A stretch of 64,000 nt of DNA from an uncultured virus (IMG/VR IMGVR_UViG_3300032038_008756). Taxonomy: Duplodnaviria; Heunggongvirae; Uroviricota; Caudoviricetes. Positions 9,894 through 20,652 of this stretch are shown piece by piece. Position 1 is the stretch's first letter; each line of letters opens with the position of its first letter. The notes under the pieces are model-generated. The model did no database searches. It saw nothing but the letters and a program-made list of their open reading frames with translations, and was not told where the DNA came from. The DNA lies in IMG/VR virus record IMGVR_UViG_3300032038_008756. One strand, 5' to 3'. The position numbers and the translations under genes were made by a program.

Positions 9894-11088
9894 TTTTTAG
9901 ACCCTCTTTTATTATTTTATTTAATTTTCTTATAATATATTGATGTCCAATACCAGATCTATTACCAGAACTCTGTGCACACCAAGAAATAGATCCTCTG
10001 TCGTATAATGCAAACTCCCTTACTTCCTCTCCTTTATATTTACCATAAATTTCAAATGCTAAGTAAGGATTCCAACAATGTGCATCTATATTAGAATATG
10101 GGAATAAAACATCTTTACTTTTACAAATACTCTTTATAATTCGCTTAGCTGTAGTTCCATTCTCAATAACCTTTACATATAGTTCTGATTTACCAAGTTT
10201 GATTGGATCAGTCTTAAAATTTAATTTTTTAAGATAGTTACTATACTCTTTATTCTCAGTTAAAGATTCTATTTCTCTTATTGCTTTATCAAAGTCTTCT
10301 GGAAATTCATCTTTATTAAATTTATCCGCAATAGCTGTCACGTATGATAGATAAGTATCAAGGGATGCTTGTTCTTTACTATATTTATTACTTATGCGTA
10401 TAAGTTGGAATATATTGTTTGGATTTTGATAACGTCGACTATTAGTTTTAGGATTGAGACGTTCAAAATAATTCTTTTTTAATCCACCCATTATAGCATT
10501 CATGAACTTATCTAAGATATCCGTACAAGAACTTTTTTTATCATATATCTTAAGAAGCCCGATAATATTAGAAAAACTTATTAACTTAAGTTTTATACAG
10601 TAATCTAAAAACTTATCATACTTGTCAGTACATAAAATATAGAGAATATCAGTTGGTACTGAACTCCAATAACCATCGCCACTTTTTAAAGCATATAATT
10701 TATCCAATGTCACTTTAAATTCCGGCAATATATTTTTTATCTTTATATTAAAAAAGCATACATTGAATGATCCAATAGATTTAGATAAATGTCTAAGTCC
10801 AATAGATTCTGATAATATATAAGTCTCAAGTCTTTTCTCTGACCCTAAAGTATAATTATCATAAATATATTTTTCTATTTTACTTGGATTATTACGATCT
10901 AGGTAAAATAAAGTTTCAAATACGATCTGTGGAGCCTTATATCCATAATTCTTCTCAAGCTTAATGCTTCGAACAACTTGTTTATTATTTATTACATCAA
11001 ATATAATAAATTCATTTGAAGTAGACGTACTGGATCGTACAATTTCTTTTACTTCATCTTCTGTAAGATAATCTTCTAATTTAATCAT
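9886..11088 (-). CDS. hypothetical protein, diverged paralog of the PcfJ-domain gene
   Basis: IIFDVINNKQVVR versus IIFDVFNKKQIAR. Confidence 0.65.
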   Translation of the reverse strand: MIKLEDYLTEDEVKEIVRSSTSTSNEFIIFDVINNKQVVRSIKLEKNYGYKAPQIVFETLFYLDRNNPSKIEKYIYDNYTLGSEKRLETYILSESIGLRHLSKSIGSFNVCFFNIKIKNILPEFKVTLDKLYALKSGDGYWSSVPTDILYILCTDKYDKFLDYCIKLKLISFSNIIGLLKIYDKKSSCTDILDKFMNAIMGGLKKNYFERLNPKTNSRRYQNPNNIFQLIRISNKYSKEQASLDTYLSYVTAIADKFNKDEFPEDFDKAIREIESLTENKEYSNYLKKLNFKTDPIKLGKSELYVKVIENGTTAKRIIKSICKSKDVLFPYSNIDAHCWNPYLAFEIYGKYKGEEVREFALYDRGSISWCAQSSGNRSGIGHQYIIRKLNKIIKEGLKNE

Positions 11089-11116
11089 ACAACTATAAGG
11101 ATTTCCTTATTTGTGT
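11089..11116. promoter_or_regulatory. back-to-back CCTTAnnnnTG elements in a 28-bp divergent intergenic region
   Basis: cat-a-CAACTATAAGG-attt-CCTTATTTGTG-t-atg. Confidence 0.7.
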
Positions 11117-11608
11117 ATGAAAATAGAATGTTATAAAGATAAAAACGTAAAATCAGTAACAATAATAGCCATCAATCTTATTCTAGAGACAAAGTACCCG
11201 GATAAAGAATACTATGGAATTAAAATAAAGAATGGGATAGCCAAAATTTTCTTATACTTTATAGTTAATCAATATAAGAGAATTCCAAGTGGTGAGATGG
11301 CATTATCTCGTATAAAGGATGCCATGATTCAATTTGATGGCTCAGAAAGTGTTAGTATGGTCTATGAAAAAGAATCTAAAAAAGAACTAGATATTGACGA
11401 TAATCAAGTATTAGAGATTCTGAGAGAAAAAATTAAAAACTATATTCCTTGGTCTTATGAGACTAATGTTAATGTTGTCAAAGATCTGTTAAATGGAACA
11501 ACATATGAACTTATTCCTTCAGAACTTAATACTATTACAAAAATATCAAGATTTATTAGACGAAGAAGATTATATAGAGAAAAAAGAGGGTGTGAGAAAT
11601 TTTTTTAA
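11117..11608 (+). CDS. hypothetical protein
   Basis: ORF with ATG directly after the promoter-like motif. Confidence 0.7.
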   Translation: MKIECYKDKNVKSVTIIAINLILETKYPDKEYYGIKIKNGIAKIFLYFIVNQYKRIPSGEMALSRIKDAMIQFDGSESVSMVYEKESKKELDIDDNQVLEILREKIKNYIPWSYETNVNVVKDLLNGTTYELIPSELNTITKISRFIRRRRLYREKRGCEKFF

Positions 11609-11700
11609 TAATACTTCTTCTAGAATTACCTTTTTATCTATTAATCACATTATGTTAATACCTTCGTAGTAAAACACTTTTATTTTCCTTATAATTGATT

Positions 11701-12723
11701 ATGAAACAATTTAAAAGATATTGTCATATTGAAAATTCTTATCAAATAGAATTTTTAGGTAAAATTAAAGAAGTCGTGCCTGCTACTGAGAATTGGGTAT
11801 GTCAAGAAAAGATTCATGGCACTAATTCATCATTTGTAGTAGGAAGAGGAGAAGATGGTCAAGTTGAAATTGATTTTGCTAAAAAGAGTGGTATTTTAGC
11901 CGATAATGAAAATTTCTATAACTGGCAACTTCTCATGAATGAAAAGAAGAATGCAGTCATCACTCTATTTGAGTTACTAGAAAAAGATTATGACTGTAGT
12001 GCAGGTGTTAGTATTTTTGGAGAATTCTTTGGTGGCGGATATGAAGGTCAGCCTGTAGTAAAAGGAATACAAAAAATACAAAAGGGTATTCAGTATTGTC
12101 CTGGACATGAGTTTTATGGATTTGATATTTATATTCAAGGATATGGATATTTGCCACCTGAAAAAAGTTCAGACTACTTCAAACAGGCTGGATTATTCTA
12201 TGCTGAAACACTCTTTAAGGGGACACTAGAAGATTGTCTTAAGTATCCGAATACATTCCCTAGTACAATTCCACATCGACTTGGACTTCCTGAAATTGAA
12301 GGAAATATGTGTGAAGGCGTTGTAATTAAACCTTGTACACCACAGTATTTCAATAATGGAGAACGTATTCTCATAAAGAATAAAAATCCAAAATTTCAAG
12401 AAATTATTAAAGGGGATAAGAAACCTAAAGTGGAAAAACAATATAGTGAAACTTATAATAACCTAGCAGCTATTATTCCGGATTATATTAACGAGAATAG
12501 ACTGGTTTCATGTCGATCACACTTAGGAGAAACTACACTTCCTAAAGATTTTGGAAAGATTCTTGGAGAGTATAGCAAAGATGTAATCTTAGAGGCTTTA
12601 GAAGAAACAGAAGCTAATAAAGCCGTGTATGAAACTTTAGAGAAAGAAGAGCAGAAGGCTTTACGAAACCTGATTAATAAGCTCTGTGCAGAAAATATTA
12701 AACACGTATATATGGGAGCTTAG
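11701..12723 (+). CDS. RNA ligase, Rnl2 family
   Basis: nucleotidyltransferase motifs EKIHGTN, GEFFGG, FYGFDI, EGVVIKP, IKNKN. Confidence 0.9.
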   Translation: MKQFKRYCHIENSYQIEFLGKIKEVVPATENWVCQEKIHGTNSSFVVGRGEDGQVEIDFAKKSGILADNENFYNWQLLMNEKKNAVITLFELLEKDYDCSAGVSIFGEFFGGGYEGQPVVKGIQKIQKGIQYCPGHEFYGFDIYIQGYGYLPPEKSSDYFKQAGLFYAETLFKGTLEDCLKYPNTFPSTIPHRLGLPEIEGNMCEGVVIKPCTPQYFNNGERILIKNKNPKFQEIIKGDKKPKVEKQYSETYNNLAAIIPDYINENRLVSCRSHLGETTLPKDFGKILGEYSKDVILEALEETEANKAVYETLEKEEQKALRNLINKLCAENIKHVYMGA

Positions 12724-12738
12724 TACTCCCTTTCTTTT

Positions 12739-13749
12739 ATGACTATCTTAGAACTATTTAATCCAGATAAACCAATAGAAGAAATTAATAATTATCTTTT
12801 AAAAACTGGAGTTGATGATGTAGATAATCTCTTAACGGAACAGGATTTTCTAAAAAACTTAAAACTGATTAAGGATAATAATATCATAGACATTAATTTT
12901 TGTGGACATATTAATGGAATTCCAAAAACTAAGAGATTAATCTCAATTATAATTTATTATGAATTAATACCTGGTGGGACATTAATTAAGCTTGATATTC
13001 CTTTAGAAAATAAACGAGGGAATAAAATTCAAATCAATGGTCGTATTACAAATGATATATCTAAAATCTATAAATATCCATCAACTGTCTCATTAGGGTA
13101 TAATATACAGCCAGTTAGGCTTGAGGACATTGAATATCCTGCAGGTCTTAAGGAAAATCCCTGGGGCCTTAGCAGAAAGCAGGTTGAAGATGCAGCTAGA
13201 ACTTTTCGGAAAAGTATAGATCCTTATGTTCATGATTTGGAAGACCCTAAATTTCTATTAAATATTGCGGATTGGATAACGGAATTAAATCTCTTTAATA
13301 GAGATGATAAACATTCTTATCTTCATGGATATGGACAAACAGGAAGTTACGTAATCGAACCTCTAGTTAGAGCTGTCTTAGGACCAGAATATACTAAAGA
13401 AGACGCAGCACTTCTTAGCTTGAATTGTGTCAGATCACCTTTTGAATATCATCAATTTGGTAAATTTATTCCTAAGATACTTACTTTTGATCCAAAAATT
13501 AAAGATATTAATTTAAGGAGACATGAAATTTTTGTCTGGCAAAATAGAAAAGCAACCGATGAAGAAAAGAAAGAAGTAGCTACTAAGTGGATTAAAGCTG
13601 TTAAGAAAGCAATAGCTATAAATATAAAACGACATGATCTTAAAGAAGAACTTGAATTAATCCTGAAAAAAGAAAAACAAAAACTTCTGAAAGAAAGAGG
13701 ATATCAACCGGATTTCTTAAAAGATATACCATTAATTAAATTATTATGA
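12739..13749 (+). CDS. hypothetical protein between Rnl2 and RtcB
   Basis: 336 aa ORF, stop overlaps the rtcB start. Confidence 0.75.
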   Translation: MTILELFNPDKPIEEINNYLLKTGVDDVDNLLTEQDFLKNLKLIKDNNIIDINFCGHINGIPKTKRLISIIIYYELIPGGTLIKLDIPLENKRGNKIQINGRITNDISKIYKYPSTVSLGYNIQPVRLEDIEYPAGLKENPWGLSRKQVEDAARTFRKSIDPYVHDLEDPKFLLNIADWITELNLFNRDDKHSYLHGYGQTGSYVIEPLVRAVLGPEYTKEDAALLSLNCVRSPFEYHQFGKFIPKILTFDPKIKDINLRRHEIFVWQNRKATDEEKKEVATKWIKAVKKAIAINIKRHDLKEELELILKKEKQKLLKERGYQPDFLKDIPLIKLL

Positions 13750-15044
13750 TACAACTAGAAGGAAAGTATAGTAAAGATTGTAAAATTTGGACTGATAATA
13801 TAGACCAAAATGCCTTACAGCAAGTTTATGATCTAATTAATAGTGCAGAATTCACTAATGTTCCTGTTCGTGTTATGCCAGATGTCTGTGCAGGTGAGAC
13901 TACTATAGTGGGTCTAACATATCCCCTTATAAGTGGTTTTATAGCGCCATCTCACATAGGATCAGACGCAGGATGTTCTGTAAGTCTAGAATTCTTTAGT
14001 GGAACAGTGGAAAATGAAATGCTACCTCTTATTGAACATAGACTAAAACAAGAGATTCCTAGTGGCAAAGAGATATGCGCAAGTAGACAGTTTGACGTAA
14101 AAGAATTTCTAAAATTTTTAAGAACAGAATTACAAAGAATATATCAAAGTTCTAATGGTTTAATCATATTACCTGAGTTTAATCGAGAATCAGACCTAGA
14201 AGAATGGCTGGGGGATATTGGAGAAGACTTGGGGATATTCTATAAAAGTATAGGATCAATCGGATCCGGCAATCACTATATTGAATTAGACTTATGTGAG
14301 GATGGTAGATTAGCATTTACTGTACATACAGGTTCTAGAAGTCTTGGCTTAAAAGTCTTTAAAAAATGGCAAAGATTAGCAGATTCTACAAAAATATCTC
14401 AGTCTGGAGAAAAGAAAATCAGAAAAGAAAATAAAGGCAAACCACAAGAAGAGATTGAACGACTTATAATAGAATATAAAAAGACTCTTCACCCAGGATA
14501 TCTAACAGGAGAAAATCTAAGAGGATACTTAACAGATATTGCTATTTGTCAAATCTATGCTAAGTGGAATCATAAAGTAATTCTAGAAAAAGCAGCAAAA
14601 ATAATAGCCAAAGTTGGAGGTGGCAAAGTAGACGAAATAATAACTACAACACATAATTATATTGACTTTGATACTGTTGATGGAATTCCAATGGTTAGAA
14701 AAGGAAGTGTAAGAGCTAATGAAGGTGAAGTTTTCTTGCTGCCTTTTAATATGAGAGATGGTCTAGCAATATGTAAGGGAAAAGGAAATGTTGATTGGAA
14801 CTGCTCTTGCTCACATGGATCTGGTAGAAAATACTCTAGATCTCAAGCTAAGAAAAGAATAACACTAAAAGAATTTGAAAAAAGTATGAAAGGTATCTGC
14901 AGCACTAGCGTATGTCAAGGAACTATTGATGAAAGTCCTATGGCTTACAAAGATACAGAAGAAATCATTGAGTTAATTAAAGACACTGCAGATATTGAAT
15001 ATAGATTAAAACCACTGCTTAATATTAAAGGCGGAGGAGAATAA
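13746..15044 (+). CDS. rtcB: RtcB-family RNA ligase
   Basis: MPD, GSDAGC, GSGNHYIE, HTGSR, HNY, RKG, SHGSGR, DESPMAYKD. Confidence 0.92.
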   Translation: MIQLEGKYSKDCKIWTDNIDQNALQQVYDLINSAEFTNVPVRVMPDVCAGETTIVGLTYPLISGFIAPSHIGSDAGCSVSLEFFSGTVENEMLPLIEHRLKQEIPSGKEICASRQFDVKEFLKFLRTELQRIYQSSNGLIILPEFNRESDLEEWLGDIGEDLGIFYKSIGSIGSGNHYIELDLCEDGRLAFTVHTGSRSLGLKVFKKWQRLADSTKISQSGEKKIRKENKGKPQEEIERLIIEYKKTLHPGYLTGENLRGYLTDIAICQIYAKWNHKVILEKAAKIIAKVGGGKVDEIITTTHNYIDFDTVDGIPMVRKGSVRANEGEVFLLPFNMRDGLAICKGKGNVDWNCSCSHGSGRKYSRSQAKKRITLKEFEKSMKGICSTSVCQGTIDESPMAYKDTEEIIELIKDTADIEYRLKPLLNIKGGGE

Positions 15045-15060
15045 AATTAGAAAGGAGAAA

Positions 15061-17109
15061 TTAATCTCCCTTCTTTTTTATTATTTCGAAACCAGCATCT
15101 TTCTTTCCTGTTAATTTATTCGATATTCTGCATGTTCTGATTTTAAAATATTGTTCTAAATCTGTAGCTTTTGGGGTTTTAGTATAGCCAACTTTTTGAT
15201 AAATCTGGCCAATCTTATTTTTAATATTAACCTTTGTATCTTTATCTCCTGGTTTAAATTGACAAAAGATTTCTCTCTCTAGGTCAGAATAATTTTCTTG
15301 TTGATTAACTATGGATCTATATTCTTCTTCTAACCTAGACTTTGCATAACTATTCGCCTTTATTCTTTCCGGACCCAAGACAACAATATAATTTCTATAC
15401 TCCATTGGTATAAGATTAATTAATACATGAAATTCAGCCGAATTAAAAATAGCTTCTTGTTCACATATGTACTTCATTTTATCTACAAATGTTGTATATT
15501 TATTTTCAAATTCAGACACAGCTCTTTCAAGTCTATCTTTATTTGCTGAACAATTATATTGGTCTAGGGCATTGAATACTGTAAATCTATCTCTGTAATC
15601 ATATTTCTGTATCTCAAAAGTCCTAAGTTCTGCTACCATCATAAGATTGTTTAAAACAGGAACTTTATTGCTTCCAGCATGTCTATTAACTGCTACATAA
15701 TTACTGCTATAATTATATGCCTTTGCAAGATTCTCATACTCTTCAGCAATTGAGTCTTTAGAATCATCAGCCACAGAATTATAGGCAAGTAAGAGATCAT
15801 TAGTTCTCTTCATCTTTTTATTCATGTAAGCCTTAAAATCTTCTTTACTATTTTCATTGTATTTTAAGGTTATATAAAGCTCCGCACTATTCTTCCATGG
15901 GTTTTCCTCTAAACGTTGCCTTCCTAGAATCTGAGGTAGGTCCATACTAATATCCACTGATAAACAATCAACGTTAGCATTACTAAAGATATAAGATTTA
16001 GCACAGGTACTATAAAAATCAGCTCCTAAATATACCGTTCTAGTGCAAAAGGTAAACATCTTATGCTGTTCTCCCTGTTTGGGTACTTTACCAATATAAG
16101 TTATTCCATCCTTTACCTTTCCACCAAATGCTTTTCTAATAGCAGTTTCGTTTTCTTTTGTTCTACTAACTAGGATATTACATTGATCTATCGTTAGATT
16201 GCTAGCCTTTACTGCTTTCGCAATATCCTTGACACTATTAACATAAATAACTGCTTCTTTAGACTGAATTTCCTTTAAATTTCCCTGATTATCTCGATAC
16301 CGATAAACATCAAAAATACCCTCCAAATACTTTTGAATAATCTTTTTAATATTCATCTGTATTGTATTTTTCTTTCCACAATATTTAACATCGAGTTGAG
16401 GTTTGATTACTCTCCCTGGATCAGAGCTAGTCCAATCCATTTCATAATAAGGTAGATCTTTAAAATCCTCTAACATGTCCAAGTACTCTTTTAGCATAGG
16501 AGTCGCTGAAACATAACAGACTTTTTGCAATTTCTTAATCTGTTCCATAAATTCTAGTTCTGTATCTGACTTGAATTTAGCGTCAGTGAAGATGCTCTGA
16601 AACTCATCAATAACCACATAAAACTTCTCTATATCCTCTCCCAATGCCTCTTTAACATGACGAAAAGAATCATAAGTTACTAAGATTTTACATGGTTTTG
16701 AATTCTTAAATGGATTTTCCTGACATGATTTCCAATATGCTTTAATTTCATTCTTAAGTTGAATAACTTTAGCACTTTTCTCTTCATCAGTAAACCCTAG
16801 TTTCTCCATTACAGAAGCTACTCCTTTTGGCTTATCCGTAAGGTCTTTTTCAAAATATACACTTTTCTCAATATCATTCCTAACATAATAAACATTTCCC
16901 TGATGTTGGTCCTCCTTATTTTCTAATAGGATTTTTCTTGGACTACATAGAATTATATTCATATCATTTCTAATACAATACTCCGTATATCCACAACCAG
17001 TGATACTCTTGTTTAAGATGTGAGGAAAATTGTAATCTTTTAGGGTATATTCTACCCAATCTGATATATACCTAATACCACTAGGTACTATTAACTTTTT
17101 TATTTCCAT
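15061..17109 (-). CDS. SF2 helicase-like protein (paralog A)
   Basis: TGCGYT (Walker A position, no Lys), DEFQS, SATP, TVYLGADF, QILGRQR. Confidence 0.8.
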   Translation of the reverse strand: MEIKKLIVPSGIRYISDWVEYTLKDYNFPHILNKSITGCGYTEYCIRNDMNIILCSPRKILLENKEDQHQGNVYYVRNDIEKSVYFEKDLTDKPKGVASVMEKLGFTDEEKSAKVIQLKNEIKAYWKSCQENPFKNSKPCKILVTYDSFRHVKEALGEDIEKFYVVIDEFQSIFTDAKFKSDTELEFMEQIKKLQKVCYVSATPMLKEYLDMLEDFKDLPYYEMDWTSSDPGRVIKPQLDVKYCGKKNTIQMNIKKIIQKYLEGIFDVYRYRDNQGNLKEIQSKEAVIYVNSVKDIAKAVKASNLTIDQCNILVSRTKENETAIRKAFGGKVKDGITYIGKVPKQGEQHKMFTFCTRTVYLGADFYSTCAKSYIFSNANVDCLSVDISMDLPQILGRQRLEENPWKNSAELYITLKYNENSKEDFKAYMNKKMKRTNDLLLAYNSVADDSKDSIAEEYENLAKAYNYSSNYVAVNRHAGSNKVPVLNNLMMVAELRTFEIQKYDYRDRFTVFNALDQYNCSANKDRLERAVSEFENKYTTFVDKMKYICEQEAIFNSAEFHVLINLIPMEYRNYIVVLGPERIKANSYAKSRLEEEYRSIVNQQENYSDLEREIFCQFKPGDKDTKVNIKNKIGQIYQKVGYTKTPKATDLEQYFKIRTCRISNKLTGKKDAGFEIIKKKGD

Positions 17110-17334
17110 AATATATATATTTATTAGTTTAATTAAATTAAAAATGAAGAATAGATGAGTATATTTTTCTATTGTTCTCTTCTATTCTTTTCATACATAA
17201 GGAATTGAGAGTATTCTCAGTCCACTTTTTTTAACATTTTTCATAGGAATTCTAATAATGCTCAAAAAGATGCACTTTTACTAAAAAATAGGTACTTATC
17301 AAAATCCCTATCACTCTACTTCTTAAACTATAGA

Positions 17335-17371
17335 TTATTCCCTCACTCCACTTCGTTCCGTTCAGTCAATA
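17335..17371 (-). repeat. 37-bp motif upstream of helicase paralog A
   Basis: reverse complement matches 48721-48757 at 34 of 37 positions. Confidence 0.85.
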
Positions 17372-17639
17372 ATAAAGAAGTATACACATCAGATATCTTA
17401 TTCAATGCGTAGCTGCCAAAGCGTTAAATGAAGAGGGTTAAACGAGGGACTGCATCTGTCCCGAGTACCGATGAGTAGCTTTGGAATGCTTCTATACACA
17501 GAGCCGGGGTGGGAGCGTTAAGTGGAATGAGGAATGAAGTGACGAATGGAACAAGCGAGTGGCGGATGGAATCCGGGCAGGCCGGATTAACAAAAGATAT
17601 TAGAAACTCTCAACGAAACAAAAAAAATAGAGAAGGATT

Positions 17640-18236
17640 TTACCCTCTCTTCTTTTCCAATTCAATTATGTATGAATTAGTTTCAGTTTTTCCAGCCTTA
17701 AGCTCTTCTAATTCTTTCATCATTTTTTCATATGATGGATAGTTTTTATGTTTAGAAGTGTAAGATTCATAGAATTTTATTGTATTCTGTAGTTGTTCAT
17801 TAGTCCATAGATACCCTTTTATGATGTATATATCACCAACTTTTACTGCAATACACTTAGAATAGGTTATATGTCCATTTTCCTTTGATAATTGCGGAAA
17901 ATATCCAAATACTCTTTCTTCAATAGAATCTCCAAGTTTAAAGTCTATCATCCTATGAAATAACTGAAGTACTATTTGAAGATACATTACCTGTTCATTG
18001 TTTTTTATTGCTCCGTACTTAAACCAGTACAAAAAGGCATTAAAATCATGATACATTCTTTTTAGAACAACATAATACGGATTCTTATTTTCACCAACAT
18101 CATATCTTATTTCCCATAACATCTCTCCCATCTTTTTAAAGAGATCATATATGTCATTATTATATATTGGATCGAAGTTATTCCAGTAAGGATGTTGTTT
18201 AATGGTATCGTGTATTTCTCTAATTGCTATTTTCAT
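17640..18236 (-). CDS. hypothetical protein
   Basis: 198 aa ORF ending in a terminator-like hairpin. Confidence 0.7.
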   Translation of the reverse strand: MKIAIREIHDTIKQHPYWNNFDPIYNNDIYDLFKKMGEMLWEIRYDVGENKNPYYVVLKRMYHDFNAFLYWFKYGAIKNNEQVMYLQIVLQLFHRMIDFKLGDSIEERVFGYFPQLSKENGHITYSKCIAVKVGDIYIIKGYLWTNEQLQNTIKFYESYTSKHKNYPSYEKMMKELEELKAGKTETNSYIIELEKKRG

Positions 18237-18585
18237 AATTTTGTAACCATTTTATACAATCAATAATATTTTCCATCAATGTAGGCTTTTCACCAAATTC
18301 TACTAGTGTTAATCCTTGTGTTATATCAAAATACATAACTGTATCTTCTATAATAACTCTATAGTATATCCCATCTTTTTCTATCTTCTTAGGCATTAAG
18401 TCAAGAAGTTTACCGAGAGACCAGGTAAGGATTGCATTTGGGTCAATAGGTCTATCATCAATTGGATAAAGGTAATATGAATTGTCTGCATACCACCATA
18501 GCATATCAGCTGTTTCTTTCTTTAATCCAGCCTTCACTAATTCTTTAGACTGTTCGATATTAGCACAAATAAATTGTTCTTCCAT
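18220..18585 (-). CDS. hypothetical phage protein
   Basis: EQSKELVKAGL..ETADM..WSLGKLLDLMP. Confidence 0.7.
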   Translation of the reverse strand: MEEQFICANIEQSKELVKAGLKKETADMLWWYADNSYYLYPIDDRPIDPNAILTWSLGKLLDLMPKKIEKDGIYYRVIIEDTVMYFDITQGLTLVEFGEKPTLMENIIDCIKWLQNYENSN

Positions 18586-18586
18586 T

Positions 18587-19951
18587 TTATTTATTATCTA
18601 ATACTGGTTTTATTGCATCATTTAGTTTTTTAACTAACTCATTTGCCTCATCATCAGTTCGAAAACAATTTTTACACTTTAGTAATTCTGCATGTCGATT
18701 TACTTTATATGTTGTTTTAGCTATACGATACTTCATACAAGTATTATCAAAATAGATATAACAGAAATCATCTCCTTCATGAGGAACCCATAGTTTTCTT
18801 TCCAATTTAAGATTTTTAAAGTCAAATGTCCAATAATTATCATCTAACTTTTGTAAGAGAAGTTGACAATAGTCTTTAGTGGCAGGTTTTATATACTTAG
18901 AAATTCCCGAGAATGCTCCAGTATATGTACCGAAAGCACTTTTTTGACCTATGACATGAAAATCACAAGAAGACTCATCATTCTCATCTACACAAGCTGA
19001 ACAGTAATACTTAATCTTCTCAGTTTCTTTATTTAACTCTTTAAAAATAAATATATTATTTCTATTGACTAGTATATCTCCATTTTTAGCATCATTAATT
19101 GTCCAAGTCCTCATTAAGTATTCGTCAGAATAAGGATAGTGACTTTCAATGCCATTTTTATCTGAACAGATATAACAATCATCTTCCAGCGATATAATTT
19201 GTGTTACTGTTTGGTCTTTATATACTATCCAATCTCTTACTTTAAATTTTGTTTTTAGTATTTTAGTTAGTATTACTTTTCTGCATTCAACCTTAGCATC
19301 GTAGCCTTCTGGAATAAGATATTCAACAATTTTTCCTCCACTTGCTCGATAATATAAATTAAGTTGTCCAGAGAGTTCATCGTTTTCCTCTTCATCTATA
19401 ATGACTTTATATTTTCCTTCAGTGATAGGAATATTATTATTTTGTTCACATAAGATATTGCATCCGGGCTTAATCTCATAATGTCCCCCATTAAAGAATA
19501 GTTTTAGAATATTACCATGAGATTTAATATACTCCTTATACTCAATCCATGTTTTAAACCATCTATTAAAATTAGGATGTAGGCCTATAATATTAATTAT
19601 TTCTTCCAGGTTTGAACCATCCCACATAATAATTTTATTTTTTGGTTTATCATAGACTTTTAATATTGGTGTGCCATCTCTAGTATAATCTTCAGCTAAC
19701 TGTTCAATACACCTTTCCCAATGATAGAACATATTTTTATCTTTATCATAGTACAGTTGAGTACGATCTTCAGCAACCTCTGATTCTTTTGCACGACAAA
19801 AGATTTCATTTTTTAATCCAATGAAATAAACCATTTTAGAATCTCCTTTTAGAGAGTATAAGTTATTGCCACCTCTTCTTTCCAGTTCTTCTATAATCTT
19901 ATTACATGGTATATTTCCATCTTGAATAATAAATACATTCTTCTTTTTCAT
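18587..19951 (-). CDS. mosaic hypothetical phage protein
   Basis: long ORF, probable start MKKKNVF; contains WTINDAKNGDIL segment. Confidence 0.7.
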   Translation of the reverse strand: MKKKNVFIIQDGNIPCNKIIEELERRGGNNLYSLKGDSKMVYFIGLKNEIFCRAKESEVAEDRTQLYYDKDKNMFYHWERCIEQLAEDYTRDGTPILKVYDKPKNKIIMWDGSNLEEIINIIGLHPNFNRWFKTWIEYKEYIKSHGNILKLFFNGGHYEIKPGCNILCEQNNNIPITEGKYKVIIDEEENDELSGQLNLYYRASGGKIVEYLIPEGYDAKVECRKVILTKILKTKFKVRDWIVYKDQTVTQIISLEDDCYICSDKNGIESHYPYSDEYLMRTWTINDAKNGDILVNRNNIFIFKELNKETEKIKYYCSACVDENDESSCDFHVIGQKSAFGTYTGAFSGISKYIKPATKDYCQLLLQKLDDNYWTFDFKNLKLERKLWVPHEGDDFCYIYFDNTCMKYRIAKTTYKVNRHAELLKCKNCFRTDDEANELVKKLNDAIKPVLDNK

Positions 19952-19956
19952 AAAGT

Positions 19957-20166
19957 TTAAATTAAGTCGTTTAAGTATGCCCACTCAATAATCTCGTCAG
20001 TATCTAGATCGGAACTAACCCGTTCAATACTACAAGATTGGTCTTCTCTTTTACAGACTATTATTTCTCCTTCTGTAGGTAAAATAAAGTACTCATCTCT
20101 ATGCCAAAGTTGTTTATATTTCTTTGATTTTGGAGCTATGTAGGGTTGCTGAATTGTAACTATCAT
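19957..20166 (-). CDS. hypothetical protein
   Basis: 69 aa ORF ending WAYLNDLI. Confidence 0.55.
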   Translation of the reverse strand: MIVTIQQPYIAPKSKKYKQLWHRDEYFILPTEGEIIVCKREDQSCSIERVSSDLDTDEIIEWAYLNDLI

Positions 20167-20292
20167 GACTTTATCATTTTTACAAAATTTGCCAACCCAT
20201 TTCTTGCTATAGAAATCATTTTATCAATCTCTTTTTCAGTAGGCTTTCTTCCCTTTGTAAACCATTCTGGATAAAATTTTGAATAATCCATA

Positions 20293-20652
20293 CTAGTCTT
20301 CTTCATATTTATAATTATTAAGGGCTTCTTTATACTCTTCAATTAATTTTTCTAATTTCTCAATTCCATACTTTAGTTCGATATCATCGCATTTTTCTGG
20401 TTTAAGAAATGTTAAAAAATTCTCATCCTCAAATTGAAGTTGAAGGGTTCTTAGAACTGGCCAATGAACATCTTTAACATATGTTTTGCCTACATATGCA
20501 TTTTTTATAGGATAAGCATAATCGAATTTTCCATTAGATTCATATGCAGTGACAAGACAATTATCTTGTTCTTTTGGTGTATTTTCTATGATTTTTCTAA
20601 GCTTACCTACTGTAAGATAGTCTCTCAGGTCATCTTCATAAGTTCTTTTCAT
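20293..20652 (-). CDS. hypothetical protein
   Basis: 119 aa ORF coupled to upstream gene. Confidence 0.65.
   Translation of the reverse strand: MKRTYEDDLRDYLTVGKLRKIIENTPKEQDNCLVTAYESNGKFDYAYPIKNAYVGKTYVKDVHWPVLRTLQLQFEDENFLTFLKPEKCDDIELKYGIEKLEKLIEEYKEALNNYKYEED

Noticed and set aside
17509..17742. 77 aa ORF upstream of helicase A
   Set aside because: GTG start inside the structured noncoding leader, and it overlaps a convergent gene and terminator
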